NCBI GenBank assembly: GCA_041906505.1
Contig: JAYRJB010000007.1
Span: 18,964 to 82,963 of the forward strand
Direction: 5' to 3'
Origin: Candidatus Saccharimonadales bacterium
Lineage (GTDB): Bacteria; Patescibacteriota; Saccharimonadia; Saccharimonadales; 2-12-FULL-41-12
Length of the DNA stretch: 64,000 nucleotides
Shown here: positions 37,273-47,683 of the stretch, in pieces
Layout: each line of letters starts with the position of its first letter
Numbering within the stretch: position 1 is the stretch's first letter
Made by a program: the position numbers and the translations under genes
Notes under the pieces: generated by a model
Databases searched by the model: none
What the model was told of the DNA's origin: nothing
What the model saw: only the letters and a program-made list of their open reading frames with translations

Positions 37273-39257
37273 AGCTTTACTGCCCTCCTTGCCCTTTTTT
37301 GCTCAATTTTCTTTATGTCGGCTGCCGGTATCACGTACTCGGTATTTTCATCGTTTGAACGAATAATAAAGCTCACAATAACGCCGAGAAGCGATAATGC
37401 GGCAAGCCAAGGAATATGCCAAATTGCTGCAAACCCAAACAAAAAGGCAAAGCTAGCAATTATTATTCCAAAGCCAGTGTTCTTTGGCAGCGCAATATCT
37501 TGGTATGTTTGGTTTGCTGGCGAGTGTGCATGAGCCTTTTTAGCAACCCAAAATGCATCTCTTTCATGAACTACTGGCAAGTGTGCAAAGTTGTAGACTG
37601 GCGCGGGGGATGACGTCGACCACTCAAGAGTTCGGCCATCCCAGGGATCGCCGGTTGTGTCTCGGTTGTTATTCCGATCCTTTATACTCACGACAAATTG
37701 CAAAATCTGCATAACCACACCCAAACCAATAATTAGCGCACCGACCCCGGCAACAATAAATAATGACTGCCAACCCATTGATGCGTCATAGTGATCAAGC
37801 CGCCTGGTTGCCCCCATAAATCCAAGTGCATATAGTGGCAAAAACGCGGTTGCAAAACCAATGATCCAGCACCAAAACGCATACCGACCAAGTCTTTCGT
37901 TAAGCTTAAATCCAAAAACTTTCGGAAACCAGTAAGAAATGCCGGCAAAGTACCCAAACACCACACCGCCAATAACCATGTTATGAAAATGAGCAACTAA
38001 AAACAGACTGTTATGAAGCTGGAAATCTGCGGGTGGCACCGACATCATTACCCCCGTAACTCCGCCAATAGTAAATGTAACCACAAAACCCATAAACCAT
38101 AGCATTGGGGTGTTAAACCTAATTCTGCCCCGATACATTGTAAACAACCAGTTAAATACTTTTACCCCAGTAGGTATGGCAATCACCATGGTCATAATTC
38201 CAAAGAAGGCATTTACGTTTGCGCCAGCGCCCATGGTAAAGAAGTGGTGCAACCATACCACATACGACAAAATAGCTATTGCTCCAATTGCCCATACCAT
38301 CGACTTATAGCCAAAAAGTCGCTTTCCAGAAAACGTAGCAACGACCTCTGAAAAAATACCAAATGCTGGGAGAATTAGAATATATACTTCTGGATGGCCC
38401 CACGCCCAGATTAGATTGACATACATCATCGGGTTGCCACCAAAGTCTGAAGTAAAAAAGTGCATACCAAATGTTCTATCAAGCGCCAAGAGGGCTAACG
38501 ACACCGTTAAGATTGGAAAGGCAAAAATAACAAGCGACATGCTCCCGAGTACGCTCCAACAAAACACGGGCATCTTCATGAGCGACATCCCCTTGGTGCG
38601 CATTTTTAGAATCGTCACTAAGAAGTTGACCCCCGAGAGCAAGCTGCCTATTCCAGCGATCTGCACGCTCCAGATCCAATAGTCAACGCCTGGGCCAGGA
38701 CTATAGGCCAACCCCGAAAGTGGTGGATACGCCAGCCAGCCGGTAGCTGCAAATTCGCCACCTACCGCCAGTGAAATATTTATCAACACCGCCCCCGCCA
38801 CATAGAGCCAAAAGCTGACGGAATTCAAAAATGGAAACGCAACATCCCGTGCGCCAATCTGAAGCGGGACTATGAGATTAATCAGTCCGAACATAAGCCC
38901 CATGGCCACAAAAAATATCATTATGGTCCCATGTGCGGTAAACACCTGCTGAAAAGTGTCAGATGAAATGATTCCACTCGAGTCTCCCACCGAAGTTGCT
39001 TGCTGGATTCTCATCATCAGAGCATCAGCTGCACCGCGAAGCAACATCGCAATCGCAACAATAATATACATAACACCTATGCGTTTTGGGTCAAGCGACG
39101 TAAGCCACTCCTTCCAGAGCCACTTCCATTTTCTGAAATACGTAAGCGCTGCTGCTGCTCCAAGCACCGTCGCTACCATGGAAACTGTCGCTCCAACCAA
39201 CAGTTTGTCATCTAGAGGAAAAACGCTGGAGGCGGCGAAGAGCTGCAAAAAATTCAT
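37269..39257 (-). CDS. cyoB: Cytochrome o ubiquinol oxidase subunit I
   Basis: TAHG.IMIFF, WGHPEVY, WLHHFF, AHFH heme/Cu ligands; [11 protein letters not shown]. Confidence 0.97.
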   Translation of the reverse strand: MNFLQLFAASSVFPLDDKLLVGATVSMVATVLGAAAALTYFRKWKWLWKEWLTSLDPKRIGVMYIIVAIAMLLRGAADALMMRIQQATSVGDSSGIISSDTFQQVFTAHGTIMIFFVAMGLMFGLINLIVPLQIGARDVAFPFLNSVSFWLYVAGAVLINISLAVGGEFAATGWLAYPPLSGLAYSPGPGVDYWIWSVQIAGIGSLLSGVNFLVTILKMRTKGMSLMKMPVFCWSVLGSMSLVIFAFPILTVSLALLALDRTFGMHFFTSDFGGNPMMYVNLIWAWGHPEVYILILPAFGIFSEVVATFSGKRLFGYKSMVWAIGAIAILSYVVWLHHFFTMGAGANVNAFFGIMTMVIAIPTGVKVFNWLFTMYRGRIRFNTPMLWFMGFVVTFTIGGVTGVMMSVPPADFQLHNSLFLVAHFHNMVIGGVVFGYFAGISYWFPKVFGFKLNERLGRYAFWCWIIGFATAFLPLYALGFMGATRRLDHYDASMGWQSLFIVAGVGALIIGLGVVMQILQFVVSIKDRNNNRDTTGDPWDGRTLEWSTSSPAPVYNFAHLPVVHERDAFWVAKKAHAHSPANQTYQDIALPKNTGFGIIIASFAFLFGFAAIWHIPWLAALSLLGVIVSFIIRSNDENTEYVIPAADIKKIEQKRARRAVKL

Positions 39258-40171
39258 CTCATCATCTCCGAATAGTGCGTTTTTCGTTCGTCATTCGGAC
39301 TATCAAGAAACGAGGGGGGTGATAAGAATTTCATTACTACTTGGTCATACAAGCCCGACTCGCTCGAAGCAAAATACATTTGTGGCACGTTCTTGCTTGG
39401 GGTCGACAATTCTTTGTACATATCTTTGTCTAAAACATTACCCAATTCCCTCACCGAGCCAACCCACTGGTCGAAATCATCTTGTGGCACCGATTCGGCA
39501 ACAAACTTCATTCCAGAAAATCCCTCGCCGCTAATATTTGCTGACGAGCCGGCAAAAGAGCCAGTTTCTGATGCCCGGAGACTCAAGCGAGTTGACATAC
39601 CGCTCATCGCATATATCTGTCCACTCAACTGAGGAATCCAGAAAGAATTCATCGGCGCATCAGCAGTTATTTCAAAATCTATCGGCCTATCTTTTGGAAT
39701 TTGCACATAATTAACCGTTGCAATATTTTCTTCTGGATAGATGAAAAGCCATTTCCACTGCAGCGCTACAACCTGCACCTTCATTGCTGCCTTATCAGAC
39801 TCGAGGGGCTTAAAAGGATCCAGGTTGTGCGTACTATTCCATGTAACAATCGACAAAATAAATATTAGCAGGATTGGCACACCCCACCACACCGCTTCCA
39901 ATGTTCGATTTCCGTCCCACTCGGGGGTGTATCGTGCGGTGTGGTTCGACGCCCGAAACTTCCAGATAATATAAAAGAACAAGGTAAATACTGGAATAAC
40001 TACTACCAATGAAAGGCCGGCCGCAAATAAAATTAGGTTGCGCTCTTTTTCGGCAATTTCTCCGCGCGTCTCTAGCAATGGAATGCTGTGTTTCTGAGAA
40101 AGAAACACTATTAGACCCACCAAACAGACAACGTAAAGCAGTGCGACTCCAACTCCAAAAAACTTTCTCAT
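39254..40171 (-). CDS. cyoA: Cytochrome o ubiquinol oxidase subunit II
   Basis: [49 protein letters not shown] motifs; no CuA ligands. Confidence 0.95.
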   Translation of the reverse strand: MRKFFGVGVALLYVVCLVGLIVFLSQKHSIPLLETRGEIAEKERNLILFAAGLSLVVVIPVFTLFFYIIWKFRASNHTARYTPEWDGNRTLEAVWWGVPILLIFILSIVTWNSTHNLDPFKPLESDKAAMKVQVVALQWKWLFIYPEENIATVNYVQIPKDRPIDFEITADAPMNSFWIPQLSGQIYAMSGMSTRLSLRASETGSFAGSSANISGEGFSGMKFVAESVPQDDFDQWVGSVRELGNVLDKDMYKELSTPSKNVPQMYFASSESGLYDQVVMKFLSPPSFLDSPNDERKTHYSEMMR

Positions 40172-40337
40172 ACACACATACCGCTAACAATAAGCATCTT
40201 GCCTATTACTATACCAGTCTGGAGCTAAAATAATTAACAATATGCGTCACCGACAAAAAGCTATTGACACCAAGAGGCGGTGCCTTGCTCGCCATATGAT
40301 AGTAAAATTGCTAAAATTACGTAGTCTCTTGCCGTTT

Positions 40338-40415
40338 GGCGGGTGTAGCTCAGTTGGTTAGAGCGCCGGGTTGTGGTTCCGGAGGCCGTGGGTTCAATTC
40401 CCATCACTCGCCCCA
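40338..40415 (+). tRNA. tRNA-His(GTG)
   Basis: G-1 plus GCGGGTGTAGCTCAGTTGGTTAGAGCGCCGGGTTGTGGTTCCGGAGGCCGTGGGTTCAATTCCCATCACTCGCCCCA. Confidence 0.95.
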
Positions 40416-40442
40416 AGGTCAATTTTTTAAGGATTGGCTTTT

Positions 40443-41090
40443 TTAGTTTGGAAGCCCACTCAACAAAACAAGCACTGCCAGCGGGATGGTTATATTGTCT
40501 GTTCCGTACCAGGAAATGTTTTCTAATAACGTCAGCGCAACCGGCGCAAAGCCGAGCAACCAAAACGAAGATGGTAAGTTAAGTGGTTCGACAAACAGTA
40601 GAAGCGACAGCATTATCGAAAAAGAAACAAGATAAAAACTAAGCGAGCCAATTAGAGACTTCCCATGACTCAATATTTTGTAGTGCGACGATTTGCCCCA
40701 TCTTAATCCAACATACGCCGCGGCGGAATCGGCAACCGCAAGGTGAAGAATTGCGGCCGTGAACATCCATGCCGGTGGCTCAATGAACGCACACACCGCA
40801 ATCGCAACTGGATATAATATCTCCCCCCTCGTTATGCGCTTTACACTGTGAATTGATTGAAAAACATGAAGCTTATATGACAGTACTATTACCGCTAGAA
40901 AAGCTATGCTCAGAAGTTGAATATACGTCCAGTTAATAAACAAGGGCCAAAATGCAACATAGACACCTGTTGTTGTGTGAATAATTTTTCGGCTGGTCTC
41001 TACTTGAAGTTTTTTTGCCTCCCACAATCGATCCACCACAACCAGCAATATCCATATTGGCAAAATTGCCAGCAAAAGTTGCACTATCAT
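40443..41090 (-). CDS. Phytol/dolichol kinase-like CTP-dependent membrane kinase (SEC59/VTE5/DGK1 family)
   Basis: E.SRK.IH, G..LYP, LAVAD..A..VG..WG, KS.IGS, E....G.DN..IP motifs. Confidence 0.85.
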   Translation of the reverse strand: MIVQLLLAILPIWILLVVVDRLWEAKKLQVETSRKIIHTTTGVYVAFWPLFINWTYIQLLSIAFLAVIVLSYKLHVFQSIHSVKRITRGEILYPVAIAVCAFIEPPAWMFTAAILHLAVADSAAAYVGLRWGKSSHYKILSHGKSLIGSLSFYLVSFSIMLSLLLFVEPLNLPSSFWLLGFAPVALTLLENISWYGTDNITIPLAVLVLLSGLPN

Positions 41091-41875
41091 AATGGTTTCT
41101 TTTGAGGCAGCGGAACAAAAACGCTCGTTTTTCTTTTGTAGGCTTGATAACTGGGATCATTCTGGTATCTTTTTTCGAGCATTGGCACACCAGACACAAA
41201 TAGAATGAGACAGGTGATCGTCAGCGGCCCAATGATTGACCACCATACTGGATTAATACTCATGCTTAGAATCCAAACTCCCCACCAAAGTAGCACCTCG
41301 CCAAAATAATTTGGGTGTCTCGAATACTTCCACAATCCTTGATCCATCACTTGATTAGCTTTTTTACGAGTCTTCAGAAAATTCCGAAGTTGTCGGTCGG
41401 CAAATATCTCAATGATAAATCCGCTCAGCCAGGTCGCAAACCCAAGCGTAAGCCACAAATCAGAATTGAATACAGTAGGGCTTGTCGCGACTGCAATAAT
41501 TGGAAGTGACACGAGCAGCAACAAAAATCCTTGCAGCATAAACACTTTCAAAAATGCGTTTAGCGCAATCGAACCTTTCCACTTTTTTCTTAACTCAACA
41601 TATCTCTTGTCTTCTTTTTTTGACCAATTTCGCTTAAAGATATGATAGCTAAGCCGAAGACCCCATGTTGTCACCATTGCAGTCACAAGTACCTGCGCAT
41701 AGTAACTTTCTCCCCAATTCGCAAATAGCTGGGACCATGCAACTACTATAAATCCTCCGCCCCAAGCAATGTCGGCGAGATCAAACTTTTTTCTGGAGAG
41801 CGCAACGACAAACCAGAAGCAAAAGTAGATAAGTGTTGCCAATAAGGCAATCAAAAAATAATCTCTTTCGCTCAT
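41087..41875 (-). CDS. DUF1295 family (steroid 5-alpha-reductase-like) membrane protein
   Basis: D.AWG.GF, WGLRL..H...R....ED.RY, E..AD.QL, GLW.YSRHPNYFGE motifs. Confidence 0.92.
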   Translation of the reverse strand: MSERDYFLIALLATLIYFCFWFVVALSRKKFDLADIAWGGGFIVVAWSQLFANWGESYYAQVLVTAMVTTWGLRLSYHIFKRNWSKKEDKRYVELRKKWKGSIALNAFLKVFMLQGFLLLLVSLPIIAVATSPTVFNSDLWLTLGFATWLSGFIIEIFADRQLRNFLKTRKKANQVMDQGLWKYSRHPNYFGEVLLWWGVWILSMSINPVWWSIIGPLTITCLILFVSGVPMLEKRYQNDPSYQAYKRKTSVFVPLPQKKPL

Positions 41876-42246
41876 TCACCTATCACCATTTTGGTTACTG
41901 ACGCGGTTATGGCGGCAATGGTCACCCCCCACGCCATATCGACAATGGTTACAGTCTTTGGCCACTTTTCGAGGGTCGCTTGGTTCGTAAGGTCATAGGT
42001 CGCATATGTCACGAGGCCAAAAAACGCACCCATGATTAGGGCCTCTCCCGTGGTTTCGGCCGGCCGAATGACAAACACCACGAGACCTGCGAGAAAAATT
42101 ACATAAAACAGAACAGCAGCAACCCAGTTGGGCTTTTTAGCCATGATGAAACCAAGTTGTTTTTTGTAAAACTTTCGGGCAACAGCGCCAAGCCAAACTG
42201 CATCTAATGCACTAAAGACCAGCGCTGCAACAAGAAATTCGCTCAT
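41872..42246 (-). CDS. DUF2177 family membrane protein
   Basis: LD.VWLG.VA..FY..QLG, YATYDLTN.ATL..WP....VD.AWG motifs. Confidence 0.9.
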   Translation of the reverse strand: MSEFLVAALVFSALDAVWLGAVARKFYKKQLGFIMAKKPNWVAAVLFYVIFLAGLVVFVIRPAETTGEALIMGAFFGLVTYATYDLTNQATLEKWPKTVTIVDMAWGVTIAAITASVTKMVIGE

Positions 42247-42899
42247 TCTTTTCTATCTCCTACAATGCTACTCTTTATGGCTACAAATGGTCTAATGAAC
42301 AGTTTTTCTGTAATGTTCGCGGCATTGTTAAGGAAATTGTAGCCCACCGCTGCCAACAAAATACCAAATGCAAGATTTGTACTAATAAAGCTAAGTGGTA
42401 TTGCAACTACTGCACAAACCATCGGGGTGAGAGTTCGTATTAGCGCGCCCTTTCTTTGCTCGGCGGTTCGTTCAATATGCTCAATGCTGTCGGCCTTTTC
42501 GACATATTCCCTCATGATCAATAGCGTAAGTCCGATACAAAACACATTCACCGCGTAGATAATTATTGCAAGCGGAGTATCATTGTATACGCCTAACATA
42601 TGGGTAGTAAACGGAACAACACCCACCAAAAAAAGAAATATCCCATTTAAGTTTAAAAGATTGATGTCAATATTTTTTGCCATGATTGTGATTACAAAAT
42701 TGTGTGCCCGCCAGTACACAAACAAGACAGCGAAACTAATGAAATAGCTCAAAAACAATGTCCATTCGTGGCGCAAGTAATCCCAAAGTGCATGATTAGT
42801 TGGTGTCGATAAAACCGGAAATTTTAGTTCTAAAACCAAAAGCGTCATAACGATCGCAAAAATTCCATCCGTCAGCGCGTGCAATCTATCGTGTTTCAC
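42243..42899 (-). CDS. TMEM175 (DUF1211) family K+ channel-like protein
   Basis: RL.ALTDGIFAI.MTLLVL, SF.....YW..H, N..FL.....PFTT motifs; GTG start. Confidence 0.9.
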   Translation of the reverse strand: MKHDRLHALTDGIFAIVMTLLVLELKFPVLSTPTNHALWDYLRHEWTLFLSYFISFAVLFVYWRAHNFVITIMAKNIDINLLNLNGIFLFLVGVVPFTTHMLGVYNDTPLAIIIYAVNVFCIGLTLLIMREYVEKADSIEHIERTAEQRKGALIRTLTPMVCAVVAIPLSFISTNLAFGILLAAVGYNFLNNAANITEKLFIRPFVAIKSSIVGDRKE

Positions 42900-42918
42900 T
42901 ATTGCTATGCATTATACC

Positions 42919-43902
42919 CTATGTGCGGGGCATTATTGTCGAAGATTCACCAGCACGAAATGATATTTTTAGCGCCGAATGATCCGTGACAAACCTCGAT
43001 AAAACCTGGGTCTTGTCTGCACCCAATTTTTCTTTTTCGGTGTACCCGCAATGATCAATTGGAAAATCTTTGCCGGTTGAGGTTGGTTTGGTGTTATAAC
43101 CAGTAATATAGCCAATGCGATTAAGTGCTGGTGCAATCTCTTCTGGGGAGGCGTTTGCATCCAAGCACACAATGGTGGGCCTTCCCTCTTCGGTGTCATC
43201 GCCAATGAACTCTACGAGCTCATCAAACTGTGCTCGTTTTACTGATGAGTTTCCTGATGGATGGCTAGTTATGATTCTAAGGTCTTTGTCCTCGGTTCCG
43301 TCGTAGTATTTTATTGTTAGGGCAACCGTGCTGCGGTTTGCTTGAATACCGCGTTTTGCTCTGTCGAAGTCAGTATCCGCATGGGCGATGTCCCCCGCTA
43401 GCCCGGTTACAAAACCGTACGCACTCTCGACAAGCGACGTTCCATCAATACGCGTTGAAGTAACAGACCTCGGTTTTTGCTGCGTGAGTATTGCATTTCC
43501 AAGACCACCCACAAGCAATCCGTCTTTTATGTCAGAATTTACGTAGGATATGTACCAGTTCGGAAGTGCCGCGTGTATGTCATCAACGTCGTCGGCTGCT
43601 ACTTCTTGCAGGGCAATGGCGTCGGGTTGATTTTGATCTATCATCTCTTTTAGATCTTCTGTTCTGCTTGCAGTTTCGTTGTGCATATTCCAGGTAATTA
43701 CATCAATATTTTGATCAATGGTTATGTGGTGCTGTTTATTGGGTTCGATTACTACTTTTTCCCCAGAATGTATTTGTTTATATTGCCAAGCGGCTCCTGT
43801 TATTACGCTGGCTGTTACTGCCAAGGCTCCGATTCTTTTTGCCACAGCGCTACGATTCCACCGAGACTCTTGGGCTGGTAGCAATTCTTTATTTTGCTCC
43901 AT
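42919..43902 (-). CDS. Endonuclease/exonuclease/phosphatase (EEP) family protein with N-terminal anchor
   Basis: ITWN, D.IALQEV, GNAIL, D.N, IDH, TDH motifs. Confidence 0.85.
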   Translation of the reverse strand: MEQNKELLPAQESRWNRSAVAKRIGALAVTASVITGAAWQYKQIHSGEKVVIEPNKQHHITIDQNIDVITWNMHNETASRTEDLKEMIDQNQPDAIALQEVAADDVDDIHAALPNWYISYVNSDIKDGLLVGGLGNAILTQQKPRSVTSTRIDGTSLVESAYGFVTGLAGDIAHADTDFDRAKRGIQANRSTVALTIKYYDGTEDKDLRIITSHPSGNSSVKRAQFDELVEFIGDDTEEGRPTIVCLDANASPEEIAPALNRIGYITGYNTKPTSTGKDFPIDHCGYTEKEKLGADKTQVLSRFVTDHSALKISFRAGESSTIMPRT

Positions 43903-43973
43903 TTTGTACTGATACTATCCACGCTTACAGCACATTAGTCAATAAAAAAGGCCCCTCAGCGGAGCCAAATCTC

Positions 43974-44050
43974 TGGTCGGGGATAGAGGACTCGAACCTC
44001 CGACCTCGCGGTCCCAAACCGCGCGCGCTAGCCAACTGCGCCAATCCCCG
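43974..44050 (-). tRNA. tRNA-Pro(TGG)
   Basis: CGGGGATTGGCGCAGTTGGCTAGCGCGCGCGGTTTGGGACCGCGAGGTCGGAGGTTCGAGTCCTCTATCCCCGACCA; anticodon loop TTTGGGA. Confidence 0.95.
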
Positions 44051-44091
44051 TTATCTTGTGCAACAGGGGCAGTATACGTCATTTCTATCTG

Positions 44092-44883
44092 TTATTCAAT
44101 GACTCTTTGGATGTGCTCTATTGTACGAGAGAGTCCTGTCGATTCATCAACGTCAATAACCACTGCATTAAATTGATAGGGTCCTTTGTCTTCAAGCTCG
44201 TTTTTGCTGGAATTTCCTGTCTTCCACCTATCAACAATTGTGCTAGTTTTTACGCCGAGGGATGAATGCAAACTGCCACACATACCAACATCAGTAATGT
44301 GGGCCGTCCCCTTTGGCAAAATCATTGCGTCTGCGGTTGGTACATGCCAATGGTCACCAATTACGGCACTCACTTTTCCGTCTAGGTAATAGCCAAATAC
44401 GCGCTTCTCGCTCGAAAAATCTCCATGAAAATTAACAATTCTAACTTTTACAGTAGAGCTGAGTTCCCCTAGAAGCTGGTCGATTTTATTGAGGGGGTTT
44501 GTAGTTTTAATTCGTTGTGCGCCTACGGTTTGACCCAAGATGCTCGCAACAAATACTTCTTGCCCCGCCGCCTTGACCACCTTAGAACCGCACCCCTCGT
44601 TGGTCTCGGTGTTTGCCGGTCGTGTAAGTGGAATGCCCGGATTGCTATGAAGCGACCGGGTTTCTTTGTTGCTAAAGCTATGATTCCCGCCTGTAAAAAA
44701 ATCTACTCCAACCTTTTGCATCTCATGAATATCTGCGGGGGTAGGACTTTTTCCGTGTGCGATATTTTCTGCCTGCGCGATGACAAAATCTATTCGCTGT
44801 TCCTTTTTTATGTCTGACAACACCGAAGATACAACCCGCTTTCCCGCGTCACCCATAATGTCGCCAATATAGAGAATCTTCAC
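44092..44883 (-). CDS. ymdB: YmdB-like metallophosphoesterase (TIGR00282)
   Basis: ILYIGDI.G..G, EN, T.GNH, RPAN, H...SSEK, H.HVPTAD, TDVGM.G motifs. Confidence 0.92.
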   Translation of the reverse strand: MKILYIGDIMGDAGKRVVSSVLSDIKKEQRIDFVIAQAENIAHGKSPTPADIHEMQKVGVDFFTGGNHSFSNKETRSLHSNPGIPLTRPANTETNEGCGSKVVKAAGQEVFVASILGQTVGAQRIKTTNPLNKIDQLLGELSSTVKVRIVNFHGDFSSEKRVFGYYLDGKVSAVIGDHWHVPTADAMILPKGTAHITDVGMCGSLHSSLGVKTSTIVDRWKTGNSSKNELEDKGPYQFNAVVIDVDESTGLSRTIEHIQRVIE

Positions 44884-45435
44884 CTAAAGAACTTTTTCAT
44901 CGATTATTGTGAGCAACTCTGGAAATGAGTCAAATTGGGGATCTAATCTTTTTGAAAAGTGCTGTTTACCAGGCATAAGAATAAACTGTGCCCCAAGCTT
45001 TTCAGCGATCCATTTTGCGCCCTCAACAGGACAATGCGGATCATTATCTGAATGAATCACAAAAAATTGTTTGGCCTTGGATTTTATTTTTTCATAATCA
45101 AATGGCACATCAACTCCATGAAGCGCATCCCACCCAAGATCTCCCCTAAATGTTCCGACCAAAATTGCCGTATTGATCGTGACACCTTCGGGAAGGGCTT
45201 GAAGCAGGCCGTTGATTGCAACAGAACCCGCCGAATGCCCAATAATGACAGCATTGTCAAAGTCATAGCCGCTGGCAAGCAGGAATGCGTTATATCTTGC
45301 TATGTCGGGTTGGGCGGCTCCAGGGAGGTCCGGCACCCAGACTTCGTGTCCCCTTGCTTCCAATTGCGTTTTGAGCCACGGGAACCAATTGCTCTCATGG
45401 GTAGCTGACGTGCCATGCAAAATAACAAACTTCAT
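44884..45435 (-). CDS. RBBP9/YdeN family alpha/beta hydrolase
   Basis: ILHG, NWFPWL, IGHSAG, SDNDP, HF motifs. Confidence 0.9.
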   Translation of the reverse strand: MKFVILHGTSATHESNWFPWLKTQLEARGHEVWVPDLPGAAQPDIARYNAFLLASGYDFDNAVIIGHSAGSVAINGLLQALPEGVTINTAILVGTFRGDLGWDALHGVDVPFDYEKIKSKAKQFFVIHSDNDPHCPVEGAKWIAEKLGAQFILMPGKQHFSKRLDPQFDSFPELLTIIDEKVL

Positions 45436-45525
45436 ACACCTAGTCTATCCGATAGAAATGTGTGCTCGCCAATTTTTTAAACGGATCCCATATTTGTTTG
45501 GCTTTCTGTATGAGTCCACCGCCGT

Positions 45526-47040
45526 TTATTTGGCAAATTCTATGGCTCGAGTCTCTCTGATCACGTTTACTTTTATGGTTCCCGGGTATTGCATGGTTGA
45601 CTCAATTTTGGTTGCAACATCTCGCGCAAGCTTAATAGAACCGAGATCGTCTAGGTCTGTTGGTTTGACGAACACCCGAACTTCGCGCCCGGCACTGATT
45701 GCGTACGCCTTTTCGACACCCTTAAATCCAGTGGCAACGTTCTCAAGATCACGCATGCGCTCTGCAAAATTCTCAGCCGAGACATTTCGGGCGCCCGGTC
45801 GTGCGGCACTTATCGCATCCACAACTCTTACTACGAGCGCTTCTGGGGTTGTCGCATCCATGTCGTCGTGATGAGCTTCGGCAGCATGAGCAACATTTTC
45901 TGGCACACCATATTTTCGCGCAATTTCACCAGTGATGTGGTGATGCTTCCCTTCCATCTTATGAGTAAGCGCTTTACCCATGTCATGGATGAGAGCCGCG
46001 TACTTTGCAACCTTTACGTCCGCACCGATCTGATCAGCAAGTACACCAGCAAGATTTGCCATTTCGGTGCTGTGCTTTAATACATTTTGCCCGTAACTCG
46101 TCCGAAACTTCAGCTCCCCAAGATACTGTAGGATTTCTTTCGGAATCCCAATAATGCCGACTTCTCTGGCTGCATCTTCTGCAGTCCGCATCACGTCTTT
46201 TTGCACTTGTTTTTGAGCCTTATCAACGACCTCCTCAATCCGACCAGGATGTACGCGCCCGTCTTTTAGAAGCATCTCGAGCGCAACCCGAGCAACTTCT
46301 CTTCGAACTGGGTCAAATGAGCTTAGGATTATCATCCCAGGCGTATCGTCGACCATGATGTCGACGCCTGTTGCCCGTTGTAGCGCCTGGATATTCCTTC
46401 CCTCTTTGCCGATAATTCGGCCTTTCATTTCTTCGTCCTCAAGCTTTACGGCTGTTACTGTACGCTCTGCGGTAACTTCGCTCGCCATTCGCTCCATAGT
46501 CTCAATAAGAATCGCCCCGGCCTTTTCCTCGGCCAGGTCACGAGTTTCGTTTTGAATTTTGGTGACAAGCCCAATAAGATCTTGTCGAATATCACGCTCG
46601 GTCATGGTCATCAGCTTCTCGGCAGCATCAGCCTTGGTAAGCTTGGCAATTTTTTCTAGCTTTTCCTGCTGCTTGCCTCGTATGTCTCGAATCTCGTTTT
46701 TGAGAGCCTCTACTTCGTCCTCACCTTTTCGAAGTTGTTCGCTTCGCTTGTCAAGATTGTCGAGCTTTTTATCAAGAGCTTCTTCCCTAGAAAGCAGTCG
46801 AGATTCAATATCTTTAAATTCGTTGCGTCGGGATTTTTCCTCTTTGCGAGCGTCTTCGGCAATCTTTAGCGCTTCTTCTCGCGCTTCGGCAATTTGCTTT
46901 TCGGCTTCTTTTTTAGCTTTTTTTAATTCTTTTTCTATCTGTTGTTCGGCAGTTCCTAGCTTGCGCTTCGTTTGCACAGTGCTCGCCCCGTATCCCACAC
47001 CCAAGCCAGCCAACGCTAAGACGATGGTAATTGGTTCCAT
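45526..47040 (-). CDS. rny: Ribonuclease Y
   Basis: TM anchor, coiled coil, KH domain (MKGRIIGKEGRNI), HD domain (HDMGK), DAISAARPGAR. Confidence 0.98.
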   Translation of the reverse strand: MEPITIVLALAGLGVGYGASTVQTKRKLGTAEQQIEKELKKAKKEAEKQIAEAREEALKIAEDARKEEKSRRNEFKDIESRLLSREEALDKKLDNLDKRSEQLRKGEDEVEALKNEIRDIRGKQQEKLEKIAKLTKADAAEKLMTMTERDIRQDLIGLVTKIQNETRDLAEEKAGAILIETMERMASEVTAERTVTAVKLEDEEMKGRIIGKEGRNIQALQRATGVDIMVDDTPGMIILSSFDPVRREVARVALEMLLKDGRVHPGRIEEVVDKAQKQVQKDVMRTAEDAAREVGIIGIPKEILQYLGELKFRTSYGQNVLKHSTEMANLAGVLADQIGADVKVAKYAALIHDMGKALTHKMEGKHHHITGEIARKYGVPENVAHAAEAHHDDMDATTPEALVVRVVDAISAARPGARNVSAENFAERMRDLENVATGFKGVEKAYAISAGREVRVFVKPTDLDDLGSIKLARDVATKIESTMQYPGTIKVNVIRETRAIEFAK

Positions 47041-47293
47041 GTATTTTCCCTTCTCACTCGCGAAACGAGGAGCTCGCCATTTTTATTGTAAGCACTCTAT
47101 CGCACGATCACTATCACTTCTTTAGTGCGAACGTAATTGGCCTAAGTATTTCTAATGCGAGGCACTCCTCGGAGTAAATTGTAATTACGTTAGTTAAATA
47201 TTGTTCAAATAAGCCAGCATAAGAAAGCTAGAATGCATGTCTCACCGACTTGCTTATAACTATACTGTGCTTCGATTACCTGGCGCAAGCAAA

Positions 47294-47683
47294 TTATTTC
47301 GTCGGTGCTGTGGTTTTGGGCGCCGCACCATAATTGGGTACCGCAACATCATTCTGGCCGTTTTGCAGCGCCAATAAACCGCTTGTTATCCATTTGTCGC
47401 CATCGGCTTGGACTAGTCTTATTCCTAGACTTGTCGCCAGAGAATTTGCGACTGTCGCTCCAATGCGAAGACCGGTAAAACTTCCTGGCCCTCCATAATA
47501 AACAATCGCGTCAATGTCCCCCCAATCGAACCCACATTTACCAAGCAGTTCTTTTATCGACGTATGTATGCTTACACTCAGTTGTTTGTGAGCTAACCAT
47601 TGCTTCCTTGCCTGCTCTTTACCATCCTTATAAAGTGCAATATCCGCCTCTGGCCTATCTGTTCGAATGCCTAGGACTATCAT
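47294..47683 (-). CDS. tsaB: tRNA threonylcarbamoyladenosine biosynthesis protein TsaB (short form)
   Basis: GPGSFTGLRIG motif; only 129 aa. Confidence 0.88.
   Translation of the reverse strand: MIVLGIRTDRPEADIALYKDGKEQARKQWLAHKQLSVSIHTSIKELLGKCGFDWGDIDAIVYYGGPGSFTGLRIGATVANSLATSLGIRLVQADGDKWITSGLLALQNGQNDVAVPNYGAAPKTTAPTK

Noticed and set aside
46559-47125. Long antisense ORFs (also 13362-13946, 32177-32782, 38956-39534)
   Set aside because: Shadow frames of well-supported genes, with no motifs of their own
47294-47683. tsaB pseudogene
   Set aside because: Clean ORF with the intact motif, coupled to tsaE, and no downstream remnant; more likely a naturally short form
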